From Anthoceros angustus (lineage: Eukaryota; Plantae; Anthocerotophyta), in the NCBI GenBank assembly GCA_010909165.1, contig VJWM01000186.1, forward strand, positions 310,001-374,000: a stretch of 64,000 nt of DNA. The letters run 5' to 3'. Each line of letters begins with the position of its first letter. The stretch's first letter is position 1. The position numbers and the translations under genes are program-made. Below, piece after piece: positions 26,020 to 38,632 of this stretch. The notes under the pieces were generated by a model that saw only the letters and a list, made by a program, of their open reading frames with translations, was not told the DNA's origin and did no database searches.

Positions 26020-26750
26020 GGTTGTCTTCCAAAAATACCGTGGCGCCGCATCCGGCGCCATCATTGACAATACCCTAGCTTGCACAGTTCACTCCTAATA
26101 TGTTTGAACATTTGTCACATGGGATGGCATTTCGGTCCATGTGTTCCCTAGTTCTCAAGGTTAGTCACTTGTTTCTACCGTTTGTAGCGGTATAAGCGGT
26201 GGAGGCGGCATGCGCCTCCACCGCCCACCGATTCACTCCTCATGTGTTTAAACGTTTTGAAGGGATGGCATTTCGGCGGGGCCATGCGTCCACGAGTTTA
26301 AGGTAAGTCACTTGTTTCTCTTGTAGAAAATATAGATAGTGGAGGCATGCGGGCCTCCGACAATACCTAGCCCGCCGATTCGCTCCTCATATGTTTCAAC
26401 GTTTGTCGGATGGGACGGCATTTCGCGGGTCCATGTGTCCCTAGTTCTTTCCAAGGTAAGTCACTTGTTTTCGTGTAGGCGGTGTAAGCGGTGGAGGCCG
26501 GCATGCGGCGCCTCCTTACACCGCCTTCACTCGCATATGTTACAACGCTTTGTCGAAGGGGCGGCATTTGGCGGGACCATGCGTCCGAGTTGTCCAAGGT
26601 AAGTCACTTGTTTCTCTGTCAGAAGATAGTGGGCGCGGCATGCCGCCTCCATTGACAATACCTCCGCATTCAATATCCATATGTTTCGATGTTTGTCGGA
26701 AGGCGGAATTTCTAGTCCATGCGTCCAAAAGTTCTCTCTAAGGTAAGTCA
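26020..26750. repeat. ~145-bp subterminal tandem array, ~5 units with palindromic cores
   Basis: AGG(T/-)TAAGTCA-type marker at ~26158, 26301, 26454, 26597 and 26740. Cores resemble TGGAGGCGGCATGCGCCTCCA. Confidence 0.88.
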
Positions 26751-27076
26751 ATCTCCTCACTCTTCCGGAGACTTTTGTTCCCCTTGATTGTTTTTCTTTG
26801 ATAGCACCCATCCATGAAGGTGAGACTCGGTACAAAACACACACCAAAGGCATGGAAAGCAGCAATTGCATGTCTTGATTCGGAAGATGGAAACAGGGAC
26901 TTGCACCTGCATGTTGAATTTTCATTGTCATCTCCAATAGTTATTACTCCCTCATTAAAACGGTTTTCCAAAATCATATACCCTTTACGTCTTGAATGAA
27001 TAGCAAGAGGCCTCTCGTGCCCTCTTGCCTGTAGAAAGTCATGTATGGGCATTATTTCAAGGCAAATGTGTGCCCA

Positions 27077-30000
27077 TCGAGGTTGTATATCCCTTTTCCA
27101 GCCTATGTCATGACATTATCCGGCTTCACACACAAAGCAACTGTAATTTTGAAGCATTTTTTGGAAAATGGCGGTGATCAGCGCTTGCTCCCATGTTCGC
27201 CGGGTTTCCTTATTCATTGCAAAAGCCGCCTCGCTTATTCACGATGAATATTATCGTGTTGACGCTAACAAAGATATTTGCATGGGCGTAAGAAGAAATC
27301 TACATGAGGCGACTGAGGCTATGAGGTCAAGGAAAGGAAGATTGGGTATGCAAACTTATTAAGTGCACATGCGGCCCGAAACAATCGCAAAGAAAGAATG
27401 GAATGTCGTCATACATAATAAACTAGTTAATCGGGCTTTAGACAAAGCAAGGCCGATGCTAGTATGTACATATTGATATCGTGAAGTGATATCATATATC
27501 TCTTACTTTATGTTGACGACTTATTTATGGCCTCATCCTCACTCTTACGGAGACTTTTGTTCCCCTTGGAAACTAAGGCATGGTTAAGTGTCATTTTGAG
27601 ATGACGATTTAGGGAGATGACTTATGCCCTTGGCGTCAATGTTATAAGGGATAGAGGCAATAAAACCTTAAGCTTAGTACAGACTAAGTATATTAAGGAA
27701 AGCTTAGCTAAGGGTGGAGGTAGATTTCTAGAGAGAGAATTGACCTTTTGGTCATTATTTTACTCAATACAGTAAAATTTATTACAATAGAGTAGAAAAC
27801 ATGCCAGGTAGGGTGAAAATGGTCCACCATCAATGTTGAAAGCAGGGCAGTAGGGTACATCTAGGTAGAAGCTCATTCTAGAAATCCCACCAAAATCGCT
27901 AATCTAGCAAAAACATTTTCTGTTAAGTAATATTCATGCGGATCCAAGATATACAAAAAACCAACAAAGAAACCTTTTCTTTGCGTAGTTTCCTATATAT
28001 CCAGAATGGCATGAAATACAAATTAAAATAATGTAGAGTAAATACCAGAATAGATTGAACTCTACTACTGCCATTTCTGCCATTTGAAACCTACAAATAA
28101 AACATAAGTTAGGACAAAACGCAAAATAGGCTGATAACTAGGGAACACTGGAAATATTCAGTATAACCACAAATACTTAAGGAATGATACTCACCTTATT
28201 TTGGGAAATTGACTGTGCAATTGTACAATTCGAAAATGTAATTTTCACGACCACTTGACTTGATTGGCACAACTTGTCCAACATTATCATAGTTGGCCGA
28301 AAGTGATGAAGTTGAGGGCTTCAAGAAATTGTCCGTCTTCCGTAAGGTCACAACCTAATAGAACACTACAATTAGTTTTCAATCACCGAAAGTGATTTAA
28401 TAGAGCATAACAACACTTCATCGATCCCGACGGATTTTCGCATTGTAAAGGAAGCGATCGGAGGAATCCTGTGGGAACGAGGGCAGCCGGTGGAGGTAAA
28501 TGTGGTCGAACTTATTGATTTGGGGCACCCGAAATTGAAATTGAAATTGAAATTGCGGTTGCTTGGTGCCCGATGTGCCTTGGTTGGATTCGGTTCGAGA
28601 GTCAACTTGATGACAGAGGAGACTCATCAACTTGGGTTCACGAGTTTCACCCGGCCAGTGTTTTTGGATGGCCGACCAAACTGAGGAGGAAACCACCGGG
28701 AGTGTTGAGAAATATACCCACTGATTGAGGTCTCACCTTCCACCTCACCTACATTGTTATGAGGCCCGTGTCGATTTAGGCTACAAGGTTTTGATAGAGT
28801 CGTCATGGTACCGCCTGTCTTTGATTTCGCCAGCGGCATCACGCTTAAGTCAAGTAGGGTAGGACTGCTGAGGTCGCTTTTGTGTCATGGAGCAAGGCTC
28901 CCTATGAGGAGTCTACGCTACAATATGGGTACACCTCGGTAGCACGGGGTAAGCTCCTCGAGCGGACCGAGCTACCGGGGACCTTCAATCGAGGTTGTAT
29001 ATCCCTTTCCAGCCTATGTCATGACATTATCCCGGCTTCACACACAAAGCAACCGTAATTTTGAAGCATTTTTTGGAAAATGGCGGTGATCAGCGCTTGC
29101 TCCCATGTTCCCGCGGTTTCAGTTTATTCATTGCAAAAGCCGCTCGCTTATTCACGATGAATATTATCGTGTTGACGTCAAAACAGGATATTTGCATGGG
29201 CGTCTGCAAGAAGAAATCTACATGAGATGTACTGAGGCTATGAGGTCAAGGGAAAGGAAGATTGGGTATGCAAACTTATTAAGTGCACGGCTCGAAATAA
29301 TCGTAAAAGAATGGAATGTCGTCATACATAATAAACTAGTTAATCGGGCTTTAGACAAAGCAAGGCCGATGCTAGTATGTACATATTGATATCAGGAAGT
29401 GATATCATATATATCTTACTTTATGTTGACGACTTATTTATGGCCTCATCCTCACTTCCTCTCCTAGCTGAAACTAAGGCATGGTTAAGAAGTCATTTTG
29501 AGAGACTGAGGAGAGATGACTTATGTTGGCGTCAATGTTATAAGGATAGAGGCAATAAAACCTTAAGCTTAGTACGACTAAGTATATTAAGGAAAGCTTA
29601 GCTAAGGTGGAGGTAGATTTCTAGAGAGAATTGACCTTTTGGTCATTATTTTACTCAATACAGAAAATTTACAATAGAGTGAAAACATGCCGGTAGGGTG
29701 AAAATGGTCCACCATCAATGTTGAAAGCAAGAGGGTACATCTAGGTAGAAGCTCATTCTAGAAATCCCACCAAAATCGCTAATCTAGCAAAAACATTTTC
29801 ATATAATATTCATGCGGATCCAAGATATACAAAACCAACAAAGAAACCTTTTCTTTGCGGAGTTTCCTATATATCCGAATGGCATGAAATACAAATTAAA
29901 ATAATGTAGAGTAAATACGAATAGATTGAACTCTACTACGCCATTTCCTCGCCATTTGAAACCTACAAATAAAACATAAGTTAGGACAAAGCAAAATAGG

Positions 30001-30906
30001 CTGATAACTAGGAACACTGGAAATATTCAAGATAACCACAAATACTTAAGGAATGATACTCACCTTATTTTGGGAAATTGATGCAATTGTAATTGTACAA
30101 AATGTAATTTTCGACCACTTGACTTGATTGGCACAACTTGTCCAACATTATCATAGTTGGCGAAAGTGATGAAGTTGAGGGCTTCAAGAAATTGTCCGCC
30201 TTCCTGTAAGGTCACAACCTAATAGAACACTACAATTAGTTTTCAATCTGCTGAAAGTGATTTAATAGAGCATAACAACACTTACTGATCCTGACGGATT
30301 TTCGCATTGTAAAGGAAGCGATCAGAGGAATCCCTGAGGCTGTGGGAACGAGAGGGCAGCCAGTGGAGGTAAATGTGGTCGAACTTATTGATTTGGGGGC
30401 ACCCGAAATTGAAATTGAAATTGAAATTGCAGGTTGCTTGGTGCCCGATGTGCCGTTGGATTCGGGTTCGAGAGTCAACTTGATGACAGAGGAGACAGCT
30501 CATCAACTTGGGTTCACAGAGTTTCACCCGGCCCGAGTGTTTTTGCGGATGGCCGACCAAACCAGGAGGAAACCACTGGGAGTGTTGAGAAATATACCCA
30601 CTGTGATTGGAGGTCTCACCTTCCACCTCACCTACATTGTTATGAGGCCCGTGTCAGATTTAGGCTACAAGGTTTTGATAGACAGGTCTTGGCTGTATGG
30701 TACTGCCCGTGTCTTTGATTTCGGTTGTAGCGGCATCACGTTTAAGTCAAGTAGGGTAGGACCTGCTGAGGTCGCTTTTGTGTCATGGAGCAAGGCTCCC
30801 TATGAGGGGGAGTCTACGCTACAATCTGATGGGTACACCTCAGGTAGCACGGGGGTAAGCTCCTCGAGCAGTGACCGAGCTTACCGGGGACCTTCAGTCG
30901 AGGTTG
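27077..30906. repeat. ~1.9-kb tandem duplication spanning the transposon right end, copia RT, an AT-rich block and gypsy protease
   Basis: Anchor TCGAGGTTG at 27077, 28989 and 30898. Confidence 0.92.
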
Positions 30907-32410
30907 CTGAAATAAAAGTTGATTTGGAGTATTCCTGCTTGCACATAGAGGATGTCGTAGAAGAGTCAGAGGATGAGGCACATAGAGAGGGAGTAGCCTT
31001 TTGGAAAGGTAAAACCTATGATCGCGATTTTCCTGAGGAGGGATCCGGGATTAGTGCAGGTAGCAGTCCGGAGGGGACGTATGTAGATCCCGATGCTGTA
31101 GAGGATTTAGAGTTAGAGCCCGGCAAGGTAGTCAGGATTTCTAGGTATCTAGGAGAGGTCGAGAAAGAAGAGTTCCGTAGTGTGCTTAGAGAATACGTCG
31201 ATGTGTTTGCTTTCAAGATTACTGACATGACAGGAATTCCGGAGGAGCTAGGTATACATCGGATTGATTTGAAGGAAGGTAGTACTCCGGTGAGGATCAA
31301 GCAGGACAGATTGAATCCCAAATATTCCATGGTCGTTAAGGATCAACTCGACCAATATTTGGGCGGTGATTTCCTACTTAGTGAGTGGTTGCCCCATCGT
31401 GATTGTACCCAAGCAACAGGGAAATCGGTGTGTCAAGATTTTAGGAAGCTCAACGAAGAAGGATCACCACCCTTACCCTTCATGGACGTATCTTGACACG
31501 GTAGCAGACATGAAATGTATAGTTTCTGAAGCGGTACTGGGTTACAATCAGATTTGCGGAAGGAGGACCGGGACAAGAGGCAGCGTTCTGGCAGTTGGAG
31601 CACCTACGCTTATTCAAAGCTCCCTTTCGGATTGTGTAATGCGCCCGCCACGTTCCAGCGCGTGGTGAACGCGATATTCCGGGACTTCTTACGGAAATTC
31701 ATGGAGGTATTTCTGGATGATTTTTGCGTGTTTGGGAAAAGGCTCCTGCACCTGGACCATTTGAGACGGTGCTTCCAGAAGTGCAGGGAGTCGAACATGA
31801 AACTTCATCCGGGGAAATGTTATTTTGGTATGACGGAAGGCATATTATTGGCACATCGGGTTTCGGAACGGGGATTGCAGGTAGATAGGGAGAAAGTAGC
31901 AGTGATAGCGGAGATGGATGCCCCACAAACGGTGAGGCAAGTGCGAGCTTTTATAGGACTAGTAGGGTATTACAGGAGGTTTATCAAGGACTTCGCCAAG
32001 AAGGCAGCCTTGTTGACACAGCTGACCAAGAAGGATGTACCCTTTGAATGGACAACCGCGAGGCAGGAGGCCTTTCAACAGTTGAAGGACAGTTTGGTGA
32101 GCGCTCCAACATTACAACCCCCAGATTGGGAAAAGCCGTTTCATGTATACGTGGATGTGTCCGCTTATGCCATTGGGACCATCTTGAGTCAAAAGGACGA
32201 AAAGAAACGGGATCACCCGATTTTCTATGCTGGGAGGCAGCTCACAGATGCTGAGAGGAACTACTCGACCACGGAGCGAGAGGGTTTTGGGATCATCTAT
32301 TCCTGTAAGAAGTTTAGACATTATTTGCTGGCTTGCAAGGTGACATTCCATGTGGATCATTTCGCATTGAAGTACCTTGTGAACAAAGCGGAGTTATCAA
32401 GACGGATAGT
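30290..32410 (+). pseudogene. Ty3/gypsy pol: protease, RT, RNase H (truncated)
   Basis: LDSGSRVNLM, PFGLCNAPATFQR, FLDDF, YVDVS, YSTTEREG, VDHFAL. Confidence 0.93.
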
Positions 32411-35400
32411 GTGGCGCGAATTTCACTGACGGCCAGCCGGGCGCGCACAATCCCGTGTCGTTGTAGGAAGGAGTCCGTTCCCAAGGGAATGATAGGCTCC
32501 GTTTGCCGCGTTTCAGACGATTCTCACTTCACTTTGCGTTTGTTCAGACTCAACGCACACATTCATCAGTTCGCGTCTAACTACTCGCAATGTTCACCGC
32601 ACAGGCCCGGTGTGGCCAAACGTTTAAGGACCCGTTCGCGTCCGTATCGTTCACGTTCGTCACTTGCACCTCTAGTCCGTTCTTCTCTCCACTCACACTA
32701 CACTCATCAGCCTTAGGGAAAACGCTGGGCTACAGTCCGACCTCCTCGCTGCTGGGCCTCTCCGTCCGGCTCTACACGCCCTCCGGAGTTCCTCCACTCT
32801 CGCCCGGTCGCTCGACGCCGCTCGACGAACACGGGTCCCCGCCACCCTTCCCCGCACACACCACCACACGTTAGGGTCCGGTCACGGAACCTTGATCGGT
32901 CTCCGGGCTCGTGCCTCGAGTGACTCAGACTCACGTTAAGAAGACGACAAGGGTCTGTGCAAGAAGCGCGCATCGGCCACCAAGAGAAAGATACTTACTT
33001 AGAGCACCTCACTTCCTTATACTACGCCAAGGTCGGCTGCTATTACACCTTATTCTCCCTTATTCCCGAGTCCTGCTGGTCCGGTCTCATCTCTGAGGTT
33101 GGACCTCGTGGTCCGACTTATTCAGTCCGTCCCCAAGCTCCGGACCCTTATCCATGGACCTCTTACCGCTAGGTCCTCATCCCTTCCCAAACCCTTGTCT
33201 TGGGTCGGTTTCCTCCTCCTTCCGCTCCCCTTCAAGGCCGCCTCTATCTTCCCGAGCAGGTTGCAACGAACTTACCCTGGGATTCGTTGTATTGGCCGCG
33301 TCCTGCTCCTCCTGATGCTCTTCTCCCCCGCTTCCGTCGTCTCCAAACAGGGCCACTAGAGTCCCCGTGCTGTCCCCATGCCCTTCATCCCCTTCTGAGC
33401 CTTCCAGGGGTCCGTCTATTTGAAGCGGGCGCTGAGAGGCTGCCAATGTCTTAAGGAGCTCAGCGTGGTAATAGGCAAAGTCTGAATCAACTTGCTGAAT
33501 TGCCTCTTCCACGTGTGCCCGGAGCACCCGATACTCCCTTCGCCATAGGTGTTGGGAAGCCGCGCTTGTTGGACCACCTCCCTTCTAGGTTTGGTGGGCG
33601 GGCCGTATCACGCGAGGCTACAAGGGCCTCGGCCACCTCACACTGGCCGCTGTTGTTGCCCGCTCTCCGGCTCCCGCGTTTCCGCTCACGCTAGCTTACC
33701 AGCCATAGCGCGCTCCCCTTCCGCCTTTCTTATCCGGACCCGGCCTTCTTCAGGTGCTCCTCCGCTCTCCGTTCATTACGTCAACTCCGCCATCTCCTCT
33801 CCGGGCGGTCGGGCCTCTCGTCCGGCTCTACACGCCCTCCGGAGTTCCTCCGACTCCCGCTCCGGTCAGCGGCCGGGCGCTGCTCGACGAACACGGGTCC
33901 CCGTCACCCTTCCCCGCACACACCACCACACGCGTTAGTTGTCACGCAACCTTTCGGTCGGGAGCTGTGCACCTTTCGTGACTCGGGACTCACGTTAAGA
34001 AGACGCAAGGGTCTGTAAGAAACGCGGCATCGGCACCAAGAGAAAGATACTTACTTAGGCGGCCTCAGCCCTCTTATACTACGCCAAGGTCGGCTGCTAT
34101 TACACCTTATTCTCCCTTATTCCTGGTCCGATCTCAGGTCGGTCTCATCTCAGGGGTTCGGACCTCGTGGTCCGACTTATTGGGGTCCGTCCCTGCTCCG
34201 GACCCTTATCCGGACCTCTTCTGCTAGGTCCTCATCCCTTCCCACCGACCCTTGTCTTGGGTCGGTTTCCTCCTTCTCCCCTTCAAGGCCGCCTCTATCT
34301 TCCGACGGGGTTGCTGTGAACTTACCACAGGATTGTGTATTGGCCGTCGCTCCTCGATGCTCTTCTCCCCGCTTCCGTCGTCTCAAAGCAGGGGCCACTA
34401 GAGTCCCCGTCTTTGTCATGCCCTTCATCCCAGCCTTCGAGGGTCCATCTATTTGAAGCCGGAGAGGCCAATGTCTTAAGGAGCTCGCGTGGTAATAGGC
34501 AAAGTCCGAATCAACTTGCGTGCCTCTTCCACATGTGCCGGGTACCGATACTCCCTTCGCCATAAGTGTTCCGGAGCCTGGGCCGCACTTGTTGGACCAC
34601 CTCCCTTCTAGGTTTGGCTGGAGGGCCGTACGCGAGGCTACAAGGGGCTGCCACAGTCACCTCCAGCCAGTTGCTCCGCTCCAGCTCCCATCGTTTCCGC
34701 TCATTGCTAGCTTACCGGCCATAGCGCAGTCGCTCCCCTTCCGCCTTTCTTATCCGGACGGCTTCTTTTCGTCCAGGCTCTCGCTCCTCCGCTCATTCTC
34801 AACTCCGCCATCTCCTCTCCTGATGAGTCTGCCGGTCGCCAGTCCTTCTCCATTTCGGCGGCGTCACGCTCCCTGCTCCATCGCCTTACTTCCTCCGTCC
34901 AGCAATGGCCGCTCTATTTCTCGTTCGTGATCCGTGATCACGCCTGCAGATACCATTCCTCTCAATGGTAACTTGGAGGTTCCCGAGTCTCCTTGCGGTC
35001 TTCCATCTCCTGCAGCGCTCCACCTCCATAGCGGGGCCGGAGATCCTCCATCTCCTTGCGCGTGCTTCCTCCTCCTCGGCATGGGTGGCACTGCCTCCGC
35101 CGCCTCCGCTCCTTCTTCAAAGTTAGCGCCTATCCTGCCGTCTCCCTCCAGGTTGGAATCACGCGATGGATAACAATCGGTCTTAGTGGCGCCTCCTCGG
35201 CCACGGCTTCGCCCACTTGGCGCCAGTCACCGCCGCTCCGCCTCGCCTTACGCCCGGCGTGCTCTGGCCTTACGCTGCGGTCCGGCGTGAATACCGCTAT
35301 AACCCGCGGCCCAGCAAGGTTGCCGGTCTGACTGCCGCATGCCCGACCTCCACTCGGGGCCGTCCACGTGGCGCCGCTTAGTGCTCCTCACGACTCAACT

Positions 35401-37690
35401 TAAGTTACTTTCCGCGTATTTATCCTGCTTTTGACCCGGAGTGGGGTCCTGACTTATCCTGTTACAGCGTGGTCGGAGCTCGCCATGGTAAATGTAGGGT
35501 CCGTTACCCACTCGAGTCCGATGTATACTCCGAGTCGGTCCGAGCGCCATCCGTGCTTATTCCTCCTTTTACTTATTTCTACTGGACCTATGAAAAACAA
35601 AACCCGACTCATTTCCTAACTTTGGAAGTCCGTAGTCCACATACTCCTTCTCATCATTGGCGTCTCCGCCAACACTAGGCATGATACTTCTTCACCCGCC
35701 ACCCGTTCACCCGGGTAGACAGATTCTCCATCCAACGCCGGAGCTAGCCGGACCCATTTAGTATACACTACAGTAGGGTCCCATCCACGCAGTGGAGCTT
35801 GCCGGAAAGTGCATGTGGCGATCGTGAAGGGCCAAATCTCCTCCTTCACATACTCCACGGTTCCGGCGTCTGCCATGCCACGTCCCCGTTGATTGCATTA
35901 CATGAGTTGCATTATTTGTTGCACCTCTTGGGTCGGTTTCCTCCTCCTTCACATACTCCCCTTCAAGGCCGCCTCTATCTTCCCGGCGGTTGCAACGAAC
36001 TTACCATTCTATTGGCGCGTCCGCTCCTCGATGCTCTTCTCCCCGCTTCCGTCGTCTCAAGCAGGGGCCACTAGAGTCCCCGTCTTGTCCCCATGCCCTT
36101 CATCCCCTTGAGCCTTCGAGTCCATCTATTTGAAGCGGGCGAGAGGCGCCAATGTCTTAAGGAGCGCTGGTAATAGGCAAAGTCCGAATCAACTGCTTGA
36201 ATTGCCTCTTCCACATGCCGAGCACGATACTCCCTTCGCCATAAGTGTTCCTGCGCCATGTCTTTGTTGGACCACCTCCAGCTCGGCACCGAGGCTACAA
36301 GGCCGCACATTCCCCATCGCTCCGGCTCCACAGCTAGCTTAGCTTGCCCATAGCGCGCTCCCCTTCCGCCTTTCTTATACGGACGGCGGCTTCTTTCTGG
36401 AAGGTGCCTCCTCCGCTCATTCTCAACTCCGCCATCTCCTCTCCAAAGGCCGGGCAACGCCGATTGCGTGCTTCGCCTGTGTCCTTCTCCATTTCGGCGG
36501 CGTCACGCTCCCTGCTCCATCGCCTCTCCGTCCGCCAATGTAGCCGGCAGCTCCTATTTCTCGTTCGTGATCCGTGATCACGCCCAGCGATTACCATTCC
36601 TCTCAATGGTAACTTGAGCCTCCCGAGTCTCCTTGCGGTCTTCCATCTCTGCAGGCGCTCCACCTCCATCCGAGACCAGGAGATCCTCCATCTCCTTGCG
36701 GTGCTTCCTCCTCCTCGGCATGGCTGCCTCACCGCCGCCTCCTGCTCCTTCTTCAAAGTTAGCTTGGCTATCCTCGCTCTCTCCTCCATGGTTCGATCAC
36801 GCCTAGTGATAACAATCAGCGGGCTTCCGCCTCCACCTGGCTTCGCCCACTTGGCCGTGTCCACCGCCGCCTCGCTTACTGCTGCCTTACTGCGTGCATT
36901 GGCCCACGCGCGATGGCGGGCGTGAATACTATAACCTCGCGGCCTACGGCCCTGACTGCCGCATGCCGGAGCCTCCACTCGGGGCCGTCCACGTGGCGCC
37001 AGTCTGCCCTCACGACTCAACTTAAGTTACTCGCGCATTTATCTGTTTTGACCCGGAGTGGGGTCCGGACTTATCCGTTACACCCAGGCGTGGTCGGAGC
37101 TCGCCATAGTGGTACCGGGTCCGTTACCCACTCGAGTCCGATGTATACTCAGTCGGTCCGGGCGCCATCCGTGCTTATTCCTCCTTTTCGACTTATTTCT
37201 ACTTGGACCTATGAAAACAAAACCCGACTCATTTCCTAACTTTAAAAGTCCGTAGTCCACATACTCCCCTTCTCATCTATTGGCGTCTCTGCCAACACTA
37301 GGCATGATACTTCTTCACCCGCCACCCATTCACCCGGGTAGACACACCTCCATCCAACCGGGGTTTGAGCGGACCCATTTGCGTATACACTGCACAGTAG
37401 GGTCCCATCCACCGCGGTGGAGCTTGCGGAAAGTGCATGTGGCGATCGAAGAAGGCCAAATCTCCTCCTTCACATACTCCCGGTTAGAAGGCCCTGGCCA
37501 TGCCACGACTTGCGTTGATTCCATGTTGCATTCACCTCTTCCACCTCCGTATTATCTTTGGACAAACCCTAGCAATCGCTCCAGTTGGCTTTCCTCCTCG
37601 GTTAGCCGGCCTTCCATCAGGATCCGAAGTGTTGGCACCTCAAATTCGACCGGCATAACCGGTGAATGCCCATAGGTTAAGTAATACATG
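32411..37690 (-). mobile_element. Inverted 3' half of a gypsy element (integrase C-terminus, charged extra ORFs, start of 3' LTR) with internal duplications
   Basis: Minus strand TYGHSPVMPVEFEVPTLRI and a GPY/F-type WMGPY region. Duplicated blocks ~32750-34810 and ~34255-37540. Putative LTR start TGTGCGCGCCCGG at 32448. Confidence 0.7.
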
Positions 37691-37717
37691 ACCCCTCACC
37701 TATATATTACCGCTAGC

Positions 37718-38590
37718 ACCGTTCGAAAAATGGGGAATCGATTTCGTAGGCCCGATCAAGCCACCTACCCAGTGGACAAGGAAGCAGTACATTTTGGTGG
37801 CCACGGATTATTGTACGAAGATGGTGGAAGCGGAAGCGACGAGGAAGGACGACGCACCTGCGGTGGCAAAGTTTCTGTTCGAGAACATCATAACGAGGTA
37901 CGGGTGTCCTTTAGAGTTGGTCAGCGATCGGGGGACACATTTCCTCAACGTTGTCGTGGAGTCCCTAACCACCTACTTCAACATCCGACATCGAAAGACG
38001 ACCCCCTACAACCCCAAGGCGAATGGATTGACGGAAAATACGAACGGGTTGTTGTGCACCATCCTCACCAAGGTAACTGTAACGCACATGTATGATTGGG
38101 ATGCTAAGTTACATTCAGCACTGTGGGCTTACAGGACCGCGGAAAAGGTAACCACCAAGAAGACTCCTTATTATCTGACGTATGGAATGTCCCATGTTAT
38201 GCCTGTGGAGTTCGAGGTGCCTACCTATAGGATCGTGGAGGATGAACACATGACTGTAGAAGCTAGTCAAGCGGCTAGGTTAGAATCTTTCGTAGAACAG
38301 GAGGAGCGTAGAGAAGATGCCTTAGAAGAAACCCAACGGATTCAGGAGCTCAGAAAAGACCGACATGATGGAAAGGTAAGGAAGCAGGAGACTATCATGG
38401 CCGGGGATTTGGTTCTTCTATACGATAGTCGATACCTGGACTTCCCAGGGAAGCTTAGGCTACGTTGGATGGGACCTCACGAAGTGGTGGCAGTGTATGA
38501 GAATGGATCCAAATCATGAAAGTGCTACTGGGATTTACTGCCAACTAGGGTAAACGGGTGGAAGGTTAAGAAGTACCTTCAGCCCGAGGT
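37718..38590 (+). pseudogene. Ty3/gypsy integrase core and GPY/F region
   Basis: PFEKWGIDFVGP, VATDYCTK, VSDRGTHF, YNPKANGLTE, LWAYRT, GKLRLRWMGP. Confidence 0.93.
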
Positions 38591-38632
38591 ACCGGTTGTT
38601 TGCGAGGACGCAAACAGGTGAGGAGGGGAGTA

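Larger units (their letters stand above)
17521..27260. mobile_element. ~9.7-kb Sola1/DUF7869-like DNA transposon with a ParB-methyltransferase cargo gene
   Basis: Interrupts copia RT between HMM and DVK. Imperfect inverted ends: GCGACATATCTTCATCTGCGGAATAA versus rc AACACGATAATATTCATCGTGAATAA. Perfect inverted 12-mer ATAATGTCATGA at 17543 and 27108. DDD transposase inside. Confidence 0.85.
12381..29604 (+). mobile_element. Ty1/copia element 1: 5' LTR, gag-pol, interrupted by a DNA transposon, 3'-truncated in RT
   Basis: LTR 12381-12648 resembles 46440-46709. Degenerate Met PBS TGGTATCA at 12649. Zinc knuckle CNWCRMTNH, LWHCRLGH, HTDICGP. RT stops at HMM (17520) and resumes at DVKTGYLHG (27261 and duplicate 29174). 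Confidence 0.9.

Noticed and set aside
26020-26750. CRISPR-like array
   Set aside because: The sequences between conserved blocks are themselves repeated rather than unique spacers. There are no cas genes and the context is eukaryotic.
17521-27260. Bacterial or phage contamination explaining the MTase
   Set aside because: The insert splits a copia codon run, contains spliceosomal-type introns and is linked to a eukaryotic-type transposase.
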